Shown here: piece after piece, positions 56,914 through 64,000 of the stretch
Layout: each line of letters starts with the position of its first letter
Position numbering within the stretch: the first letter of the stretch is position 1
Source: Nitrososphaeria archaeon
GTDB taxonomy: Archaea; Thermoproteota; Nitrososphaeria; JACIWG01
NCBI GenBank assembly: GCA_963760525.1
Contig: CAVXDT010000014.1
Location: 120,203-184,202 of the forward strand
Direction of reading: 5' to 3'
DNA: 64,000 bases
Notes under the pieces: generated by a model
Databases searched by the model: none
Told to the model about the DNA's origin: nothing
Seen by the model: the letters and a program-made list of their open reading frames with translations, nothing else
Position numbers and translations under genes: made by a program

Positions 56914-58584
56914 ATGGCAACAGCAATACCGGCAGTTACCCAAAGTGGTCAACAAGTGTTGATTCTGCGGGAGGGCGCTACCAAATCAACTGGTAGAGAA
57001 GCGCAAAAAAATAATATAGCAGCTGCGAAAATAGTGGCTGAACTCGTCAGATCATGTTTAGGCCCACGTGGCATGGACAAAATGTTAGTGGACACCCTAG
57101 GAGATGTTACTATCACCGATGACGGAGCAACCATACTAAAGGAGATAGATGTAAACCATCCTGCAGCTAAAGCGATAGTGGAAATCTCAAAAGTAACGGA
57201 TAGCGAAGTGGGTGATGGAACCACATCAGCTGTGGTTTTAGCAGGTGCACTTCTCGAAAAAGCAGAAGAGTTGCTGGATAAAGGTGTTCATCCTATGATC
57301 ATAATTGATGGTTACAAGAAAGCGGAAGCCAAGGCAAAAGAAATTCTCAATTCAGTGGCTATAAAGGTTGACCCCAAAGACAAAGATTGGCTTACTAAAG
57401 TTGCCAAAACCAGCATAGCTACAAAGATGATTTCTTTAGAAGGAGATTATGTGGCTTCACTTGCTGTCAAAAGTTTGCTTTCAGTCGCCGAAGAATATGA
57501 TGGAAAGATAAGAGTAGACATAGATAACGTTAAGGTGGAGAAGAAAGCTGGAGGCTCTACAAGAGACAGTCAATTAATATATGGTATAGCCTTGGACAAA
57601 GAGGTTGTTCACAGTGGTATGCCCAAGAGTGTTAGTGAGGCCAAGATAGCATTAGTTAATTCTCCACTAGAAATTGAAAAAACAGAGTATGATACCAAAA
57701 TTACCATTAACAATCCAGAACAGATTAAGATGTTTCTGGATGAGGAAAACACAATGCTTAAGGACATGGTGAACAATGTTGCAAAGACAGGCGCGAATGT
57801 TCTAATCTGCCAAAAAGGGATAGATGATGTAGCTCAGCAGTATTTAGCTAAGGCAGGAATACTTTCTGTCAGAAGAGTGAGTGAGAGTGACATGAACAGG
57901 CTTGCAAGAGCTACTGGAGGCAAAGTTGTAACAATCATAGAACAAATTAGTTCTAGCGACCTCGGTCATGCAAAACATGTTGAAGAAAGAAAGATTGAAG
58001 ATGGCAAATGGGTGTTCGTTGAAGGATGCAAGGATCCAAAAGCTGTAACACTATTCCTTAGAGGCGGAACCCAAAGAGTAGTGGAAGAATCAGTGAGATC
58101 TATACATGATGCCTTGTGTGTTGTGAGGGATGTCATGTTGAAGCCTTTAATTGTTCTAGGTGCAGGTGCTCCAGAAGCTGAAATCGCTTCAAAACTCTTC
58201 GATTACGCTCAGACATTGTCTGGCAGAGAACAGCTTGCTGTACAGAAGTTTGCTGAAGCCATGGAAGCCATTCCTTTGGCGCTAGCTGAAAACGCGGGAA
58301 TGAACCCGATAGATGTACTAGTTGAACTTAGGTCAAGGCATAATAAAGGCGGTAAAACCGTCGGTGTAAATGCTATCGCTGGAAAAATCGACGATGTCGC
58401 AAACTTTGGAGTTTATGAGCCACTGGCAGTCAAAGAGCAGATACTCTCAGCGGCTACAGAAACAACGGCAATGATTCTCAGAATAGATGACGTCATAGCA
58501 TCTAAGAGGCCAGCAGGCGGCCCGCCACCAGGTGGTGGAGGAGGAGGCGGCTATGGTGGGATGCCCGGTGGGATGGGTTACTAA
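56914..58584 (+). CDS. ths: Thermosome (group II chaperonin) subunit
   Basis: GPRGMDKMLVD, ITDDGATIL, VGDGTTSAVVLAG, and a C-terminal GGM-type tail (GGGGGGYGGMPGGMGY). Confidence 0.9.
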   Translation: MATAIPAVTQSGQQVLILREGATKSTGREAQKNNIAAAKIVAELVRSCLGPRGMDKMLVDTLGDVTITDDGATILKEIDVNHPAAKAIVEISKVTDSEVGDGTTSAVVLAGALLEKAEELLDKGVHPMIIIDGYKKAEAKAKEILNSVAIKVDPKDKDWLTKVAKTSIATKMISLEGDYVASLAVKSLLSVAEEYDGKIRVDIDNVKVEKKAGGSTRDSQLIYGIALDKEVVHSGMPKSVSEAKIALVNSPLEIEKTEYDTKITINNPEQIKMFLDEENTMLKDMVNNVAKTGANVLICQKGIDDVAQQYLAKAGILSVRRVSESDMNRLARATGGKVVTIIEQISSSDLGHAKHVEERKIEDGKWVFVEGCKDPKAVTLFLRGGTQRVVEESVRSIHDALCVVRDVMLKPLIVLGAGAPEAEIASKLFDYAQTLSGREQLAVQKFAEAMEAIPLALAENAGMNPIDVLVELRSRHNKGGKTVGVNAIAGKIDDVANFGVYEPLAVKEQILSAATETTAMILRIDDVIASKRPAGGPPPGGGGGGGYGGMPGGMGY

Positions 58585-58769
58585 CCCAAACTAGAAAACT
58601 CCGTGTACGTCCTAGAAATGATAGGATCAAAGGATGCTATACTCGCTCCTTGAAAATGTAGCCTCCTTTTTTCCGTGAGCTATGGCAATTACATCTTTAG
58701 CCTAATTTTCAAGTAGTATACGATTAGCTTTTTAACAAACTGTTCACTAGAAGAGAACCGCGTGGGAAA

Positions 58770-59678
58770 TTGGAAGACCGCACTTTGACTGATAAAATAA
58801 GGGGCTTTAAGAAGCTAAGAAATGCGGTTATAGTCGCCCATAATTATCAACGTGATGAAGTACAAGATATTGCTGACTATGTCGGCGATTCATTAGGATT
58901 AAGTCAGGAAGCTGCCAAGAGCCACGCGGATGTAATCGTGTTCTGTGGAGTACATTTTATGGCTGAAACAGCCTCAATACTTTCTCCATCTAAAACAGTT
59001 CTGATGCCAGACGTAGGTGCAGGTTGTCCTATGGCCAACATGATCACAGCAGAAAGCCTACGCGCTCTCAAGAAGGAACATCCGCAGGCAACAGTAGTAT
59101 GCTATGTCAACACAACTGCAGAAGTCAAGGCAGAAAGTGACATATGCTGCACATCATCGAATGCCGTGAAAGTCGTAGAATCAGTTGAAGGATCTGAAGT
59201 TATTTTTGTTCCTGATAAATATTTGGCTCACTATGTATCCACCAAGACTAAAAAGAAGATCATTCCGTGGAATGGCTATTGCCCAACACATTTTAGGATC
59301 TTACCTGACCATATCTTAGCGCAAAAAAGGCTGCACCCAGAAGCTGAGGTAATGGTTCACCCAGAATGTACACCACCAGTGATTGCTTTAGCAGATAAGG
59401 TGCTATCGACAGGGGGAATGTGTAAGTATGCAAAAGAATCAAAAGCTAGCGAAATCATTGTAGGTACGGAAATTGGCATACTGCATCGGTTGAGAAAGGA
59501 AAATCCCGATAAGAAGTTTTATCCTGCTTCAGAGTCAGCGATATGTCCTAATATGAAATTGACAACTGTCGAAAAAGTCTTTTGGTCGTTAGAGAATATG
59601 AAATATGTAATTAAAGTCCCCGATGATATCCGTATTAGTGCTAGAAGTGCTGTAGACAAAATGTTAACAGTTCTCTAA
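58770..59678 (+). CDS. nadA: Quinolinate synthase NadA
   Basis: AHNYQ, VHFMAETA, CPMA, and cysteines for the 4Fe-4S cluster; 302 aa. Confidence 0.85.
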   Translation: MEDRTLTDKIRGFKKLRNAVIVAHNYQRDEVQDIADYVGDSLGLSQEAAKSHADVIVFCGVHFMAETASILSPSKTVLMPDVGAGCPMANMITAESLRALKKEHPQATVVCYVNTTAEVKAESDICCTSSNAVKVVESVEGSEVIFVPDKYLAHYVSTKTKKKIIPWNGYCPTHFRILPDHILAQKRLHPEAEVMVHPECTPPVIALADKVLSTGGMCKYAKESKASEIIVGTEIGILHRLRKENPDKKFYPASESAICPNMKLTTVEKVFWSLENMKYVIKVPDDIRISARSAVDKMLTVL

Positions 59679-59966
59679 CATTCTAACAACCCAATTTAGT
59701 ATTCTTCGCTATGAATCGTTGTATTCAAGGGGTATAGTTTGTGATTTAGGTGAAGCCTTCTAATATTCTTCGATGGTACGTTCTACCTTTTAGTCAGTGC
59801 CTCTTAACAAACATACTAACTCTGTGATTTACAATACATAATAAACTACTAGAACTGGATAGGAAAAGATGACGTGCAGACAATAGGCCCCCCCTCCCTC
59901 TCCCCTTAGGGTCCTCCATTCAATAAATATCGTCTAGGACAGCGTATTTTCGGAGGTTTAAGGAAG

Positions 59967-60959
59967 ATGGTTGAAACCGTGCTCGATTTGGAGCTCCACG
60001 ACTTAGACGGCATTGGGCCGTCTACCGAAAAGAAGCTTAAGGATGCAGGGATAGAATCCGTCCTCGACCTAGCTGTCGCCTTACCGGATGAAGTGGCAGA
60101 AAAGATTGGTGGAGCGAAAGAGAACGCGAGCGCAATGATCTTCATAGCCCAGAGGTCGCTGATGGAAAGCGGTTTAATCGATAAGGAGTTTGTTCCAGCG
60201 CTTGAGACGTTTGAAAAGCGCAAGACTATGGTCAAGTGCACGACAGGTTCGAAGAACCTCGACATCTTGCTCAAAGGGGGGATAGAGACTCAAGCTATCA
60301 CAGAATTTTGGGGTGATTTCGGTTCTGGCAAGAGCCAGCTCTGTCACACGCTCTGCATTATGGCCCAGGCTCCCATAGAAAGTGGTGGGTTTGGAGGGGG
60401 TGTGATCTTCATCGACACTGAAAGCACTTTTCGCCCTGAAAGGATATATCAGATAGCTGAGTCAAGGGGGTTGGACCCTATTCAGATACTAAAGGGCACG
60501 ATAGTCTGCAAGGTCTACAATAGCAGCCATTTGGAGTTGGCTATAAGGAGGCTTGGGAAGTACATTGAACAATCCAACGTCAAGCTCGTTATAGTGGACA
60601 GCATAATATCACTTCACAGGTCCGAGTTCGCGGGTAGGGGAACACTGGCCGAAAGACAGCAGAAGCTGAACGGGCTCATACACCGACTTCTAAGGATGGC
60701 TGAAATCTATAACGTGGCGGTTGTGGTAACAAATCAGGTTCAATCGCAGCCAGACGTGTTCTTCGGAGACCCGACAAAGCCCGCTGGAGGCAATGTGATT
60801 GCGCATGCCTGTACGTACAGGGTCTACCTTAAGAAGGCTGGTCAAGAGAGAATAGCCACTATTGTGGACAGCCCATATCATCCATATTCGGATACCAGGT
60901 TCATGATTTCTGAGAGGGGGGTGGAGGATCCGGAGCCGAAGAAGGGCAGGGAAGGCTAG
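59967..60959 (+). CDS. radA: DNA repair and recombination protein RadA
   Basis: N-terminal HhH (LHDLDGIGPSTEKKLKDAG), Walker A GDFGSGKSQLCHTL, Walker B VIVDSI, L2 region VVVTNQV. Confidence 0.9.
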   Translation: MVETVLDLELHDLDGIGPSTEKKLKDAGIESVLDLAVALPDEVAEKIGGAKENASAMIFIAQRSLMESGLIDKEFVPALETFEKRKTMVKCTTGSKNLDILLKGGIETQAITEFWGDFGSGKSQLCHTLCIMAQAPIESGGFGGGVIFIDTESTFRPERIYQIAESRGLDPIQILKGTIVCKVYNSSHLELAIRRLGKYIEQSNVKLVIVDSIISLHRSEFAGRGTLAERQQKLNGLIHRLLRMAEIYNVAVVVTNQVQSQPDVFFGDPTKPAGGNVIAHACTYRVYLKKAGQERIATIVDSPYHPYSDTRFMISERGVEDPEPKKGREG

Positions 60960-60984
60960 TTTGTTCTAAGGTGGTGATACGTAG

Positions 60985-62706
60985 TTGAGCCTTGCCCTTA
61001 GAGGCGACCAGATATCGCCTGAGCCCAGACTTCTCCCCACACCATCACCCACTGAACCCCGTCCCATTCTCACGCTATCTGAGCTGGTTTCTGGCAGATA
61101 TGTCGATACGGTCGCTAGGATAGCGTCTGTAAGAGTTTCCGAAAGGGTTGATCAGATGGGGTGCAAGTTTGTTTCCACAGGTGTACTTGAGGATAGGACC
61201 TTCAAGCTGCCCTTCCTATGTCATAAGGTTTCCCTTCCTCTGACTTTGAACTCCATTTTCAAGCTTAAGTCGGTTTACGTTCACGAGTTCAAGGACAAGT
61301 CATTGATTGTTATTCTCACGGAATACAGCAGAGCTGAACCGAGAGAAGTTGAAGATTTCAAGGATTTTCTCTGGGTCCCGAAGATAGGAGCCATCAGGAG
61401 ACCTGTTTTAGATATCACACTAACTGGGATAATAGCGGCCATCTACAGTTCGTCTGGGCTCGTAAAGAGATGTAACCGTTGCAAGAAGCTTGTAGTCGAC
61501 ACTTGTCCAGAAGGCTGTGCTGAAGGCTGGAGTTGGGACTTGCGAATCTCATCTAAACTGTACGATGGAACGGGGTCGATCAGAACTATATTCACTAGAC
61601 ATCTTACAGCAAAGGTGCTTCAGAGAAGCCTTGGAGAAATCCTCTACTTGGCCAACACACCGAAGGCTCGAACTGAAAATTGCTTCGAAACGATGTCCTT
61701 TAAGCTAAGACTGCCTCATGACATTGATATTGTCGAGGGCGTAGTCGAAGACGCTTTATCGTTCAGGCGAACCGACAAGTTGCTCGTGCCAGACGGGTTC
61801 ACGCTACTATATTTTCCAAAGGGGTTGAAGATGCCATCATTACCGTTTAATGGAACTTCCGAGAAGAGGCTTGACGCATGCAATCCTGATGACTCGAGAA
61901 TTCTTCGAAAGTTTGTGGAGAAAGCTTTGGACATCAAGATACGAGAAATCACAGGAATGTCTAAAGTTCATGACATGTACCTGCTGGAAGAGCCTAGCCA
62001 AATCTATTCCTGCGAGCTTGCAAAGCTTTACGTCGGATTCTCAGTGAAGACTGCGATAGGCCAAGATATTGCCGACGTGGAATCGACCCCTGAAGCCTTT
62101 CTACGGGAGAACGTCTGGAACTATGTGAAATGGAGGAGGACTAGAGGGGCGTCAGCCAACTCCATAAAACATGCGCTTCTAACACAAAGGTCGAACGTCG
62201 TCCTAGCTCCATCAAACCGATACGGGCACATTGAAGAACTGATCTTCAAGAGGGCAGGAGACCAGAAGGTGTCTGAACACGATTCAAGAAGTTTGGTGGA
62301 GTTCTGGAAGGAAGTTTATGATATAGACATCTCGCCTGATGAAATGCCATTGCTCAGGGTTAAGCCAGCTGACTCGGAAACGCTTTTCACGTATCCGCCG
62401 AGCACGCTTTTCTACGATGGTAACGTTTTGTTCGTTTCAGGTAGGGCGCAGAACTTTATTGCCAGTAGAAAGGCTACTCTGACCCCTCGAGTTCACGCTG
62501 TAATGGATAAGGCGCTGAGAGCGTTAAATATCGGAGGGAAAGCCCTTGAGCTTCAAGAAGATGGTACTGGAAGAGCTGACATCCAAAGGGTCCTGTTGCA
62601 GGAAACCCATCAGAAGCTTTTTGGGAAGACCGTTAAAGCCAGAGGCTCAATAATCCAGCTCGGAAACCAACTTTACTTCTTCCCAAATAATGTCGTGGTG
62701 AGTTAA
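60985..62706 (+). CDS. RPA-like OB-fold/zinc-ribbon protein fused to a ~340-aa domain of unknown function
   Basis: The first ~230 aa contain OB-fold segments and a C4 ribbon (CNRCKKLVVDTCPEGC), as in archaeal RPA. The remainder has no recognisable motif. Confidence 0.4.
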   Translation: MSLALRGDQISPEPRLLPTPSPTEPRPILTLSELVSGRYVDTVARIASVRVSERVDQMGCKFVSTGVLEDRTFKLPFLCHKVSLPLTLNSIFKLKSVYVHEFKDKSLIVILTEYSRAEPREVEDFKDFLWVPKIGAIRRPVLDITLTGIIAAIYSSSGLVKRCNRCKKLVVDTCPEGCAEGWSWDLRISSKLYDGTGSIRTIFTRHLTAKVLQRSLGEILYLANTPKARTENCFETMSFKLRLPHDIDIVEGVVEDALSFRRTDKLLVPDGFTLLYFPKGLKMPSLPFNGTSEKRLDACNPDDSRILRKFVEKALDIKIREITGMSKVHDMYLLEEPSQIYSCELAKLYVGFSVKTAIGQDIADVESTPEAFLRENVWNYVKWRRTRGASANSIKHALLTQRSNVVLAPSNRYGHIEELIFKRAGDQKVSEHDSRSLVEFWKEVYDIDISPDEMPLLRVKPADSETLFTYPPSTLFYDGNVLFVSGRAQNFIASRKATLTPRVHAVMDKALRALNIGGKALELQEDGTGRADIQRVLLQETHQKLFGKTVKARGSIIQLGNQLYFFPNNVVVS

Positions 62707-63833
62707 TGGAGATGGCCAGCAACTCTTCGCCGGTCATACAAACCGCGTTGGAGGACTTTAACGAACATAGTAAGAGGCTGAAACTGACCACAGGTTCCGG
62801 GGACCTGGACAGCCTGATAGGTGGGATCGAGAAAGGATCCTTCTACCTGTTCTACGGTGAGCCGGAGATACTCGACCTCATCATACACCGTCTTCTAGTG
62901 AACTGTGTAATGTCAGCTGAAAGGGGAGGTTTAGACGCGAAAGCCATCTACTTTAACAATACTGACTACTACGTGGGCAAGACCATAATTGACCCCTCTA
63001 AGCTCGGTATGCTCGCAAAGCGTGCTGGCATAGATCCTGCTCTCGTCTTCAAAGATGTTGAGGTAGCATTGGCGTTTAATGAAGCTAGACAATGGTTTGT
63101 AGCAAGGGAAGTCGCGGATCTGATAAGGGAAGACAAGGGATTCAAGCTTCTTGCAATTCACAACATAACGCGTTTCCTAGCGAATTTCAAGAGCACTAAA
63201 GAGTCACGGGAGGTTTTGAAGAAGGTCGTGGGAAGCCTCTGGAGGGCAGCATCCGAAAACCATGTCGCCTTCGTCATGACCGTTGACACTCCAAGCTCGG
63301 CCAGAGGGCTGGTGCCAAAGCCTTTCGGTGGCATTTTCATAAGGCAAGCAGCCTCGATCCTCGTTCATTTTAAGAAGTTAAGTGAAGGGCCGATATCATC
63401 CTATAAGGTAACACTTGTGAAGCATCCGTATAAGAGAGCTCCAGAGTCGATAGTGCTATACGTAAGCCAAACCGGCTCCATGGACCTGATGACAGGAAGA
63501 AACGTTCCATCATTCCAGCAACTTTACGGTGAGCAGGTGGACTACCTGAAAAGGTCATTCCAAAACAGCCTAGTGGACCTAGGAAACAGAACCGCGTTCG
63601 ATGTCCTCCTCAGGGAAGCTTGGAACGTGGAACAGAAGGCGTTAAGCAATCTGAAGGAGCTCACGCTTTTAGATGGATTAAACCTGACAGCGTCGGTTGA
63701 CAGCCGCGGCCTTATAGAATCCATCCAAAACCGCCTCTCCAACATGGACGACGAAATCAAAAAACTCGCAGGGGGCATTGAATCAATAGCGAGCAGAGGT
63801 AAGGAAATGATTGAAGGTGACAGACTTGGGTAG
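62706..63833 (+). CDS. RadA/RadB-like RecA-superfamily paralog with degenerate Walker A and a duplicated C-terminal module
   Basis: RecA-fold alignment but the P-loop position reads LFYGEPEILDLIIHRL (no GxxxxGKT). The C-terminal ~50-aa module (RTAFDVLLREAWNVEQKALSN) recurs in the next ORF. Confidence 0.55.
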   Translation: MEMASNSSPVIQTALEDFNEHSKRLKLTTGSGDLDSLIGGIEKGSFYLFYGEPEILDLIIHRLLVNCVMSAERGGLDAKAIYFNNTDYYVGKTIIDPSKLGMLAKRAGIDPALVFKDVEVALAFNEARQWFVAREVADLIREDKGFKLLAIHNITRFLANFKSTKESREVLKKVVGSLWRAASENHVAFVMTVDTPSSARGLVPKPFGGIFIRQAASILVHFKKLSEGPISSYKVTLVKHPYKRAPESIVLYVSQTGSMDLMTGRNVPSFQQLYGEQVDYLKRSFQNSLVDLGNRTAFDVLLREAWNVEQKALSNLKELTLLDGLNLTASVDSRGLIESIQNRLSNMDDEIKKLAGGIESIASRGKEMIEGDRLG

Positions 63834-64000
63834 GATAACACCGTCTGCACGCGTCCTTTACGAAGAAACTGTTAACGAGCTCAAATCACATTATAGGGGT
63901 AGTCTAGTAGACCAAGGCCATAGACAGGCCTTCGACCTCCTGCTAAAACAGGCTTGGGAGACCGAGCAGGCGGCGATGTCCAACTCTAACATTCCTGTCG
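63819..64000 (+). CDS. Partial ORF (runs off the window end) encoding a paralogous copy of the C-terminal module of the preceding gene
   Basis: Frame +1 relative to the preceding gene. Translation ...PSARVLYEETVNELKSHYRGSLVDQGHRQAFDLLLKQAWETEQAAMSN parallels ...PSFQQLYGEQVDYLKRSFQNSLVDLGNRTAFDVLLREAWNVEQKALSN. Confidence 0.35.

Noticed and set aside
56949-57224. Antisense ORFs inside the thermosome and other highly conserved genes (for example 59906..60274 inside radA, 33236..33619 inside EF-2).
   Set aside because: They lie opposite strongly supported conserved CDSs and have no motifs. They are typical spurious antisense ORFs.
1-64000. CRISPR arrays, integrases or transposases.
   Set aside because: No CRISPR-like repeat-spacer periodicity was seen. 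The only exact repeats are the 2x28-bp tandem at 5381 and the short palindromes at 39286..39409. No integrase or transposase motif was seen in any ORF.

Overview
Archaeal chromosomal segment, AT-rich (about 30–40% GC over most of the window, about 50% GC in blocks at roughly 53.3–56.8 kb and 59.9–64 kb). Gene content suggests a TACK-like lineage: short XPF nuclease, bulge-helix-bulge (BHB) intron in a protein-coding gene, Hjc resolvase, methanogen-type SerRS. The window is almost entirely housekeeping.

Main contents, in order:
- aCPSF1/FttA, SepF, LSm–L37e, RpiA.
- Five tRNAs: Ala-CGC, Phe-GAA, Gly-TCC, Gly-CCC, Pro-TGG.
- Nep1, Rpp21, an L39e–L31e–PDCD5-like–S19e cluster, KsgA, Mtq2, L10e, two TGS-domain GTPase-family proteins, S3Ae, methanogen-type SerRS, a RecJ/GAN-like DHH protein, S15, Ham1.
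- KEOPS pair Kae1–Bud32.
- The exosome superoperon: psmA–SBDS–rrp4–rrp41–rrp42–L37ae–pfdB.
- An ECF transporter module, short XPF, SIS isomerase, EF-2, Hjc.
- Moco biosynthesis genes moaC–moaB–moaA, RFC, a UbiA prenyltransferase, EndA, an OB-fold protein.
- An HTH–ATP-cone–NrdD-like protein, an SDR, CysK-like, a DHOD-like protein, an M20 peptidase, thermosome, NadA, RadA, an RPA-like fusion protein and a Walker-A-degenerate RadA paralog.

Stand-out observations:
1. The EF-2 gene is interrupted by a 26-nt insert at 31478..31503. It folds into a canonical h-B-H-B-h' bulge-helix-bulge motif. Excising it at the predicted cut sites restores the frame and the conserved IRNLGVVAHVDHGKTT motif. This is a putative endonuclease-spliced mRNA intron.
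2. Directly after tRNA-Gly(CCC) lies a cluster encoding a membrane-tethered winged-HTH protein with a large extracytoplasmic domain, plus other surface or membrane proteins, and a palindrome-rich intergenic region.
3. Four housekeeping genes (S3Ae, the RecJ-like DHH gene, psmA and cysK) show 1-nt frame disruptions. Three of the sites are or are proposed to be short homopolymers (psmA T3, cysK C5, and a proposed T4 run in the DHH gene). These look like sequencing indel errors rather than biology, but pseudogenes or recoding cannot be excluded.

No CRISPR array, integrase or transposase was seen.
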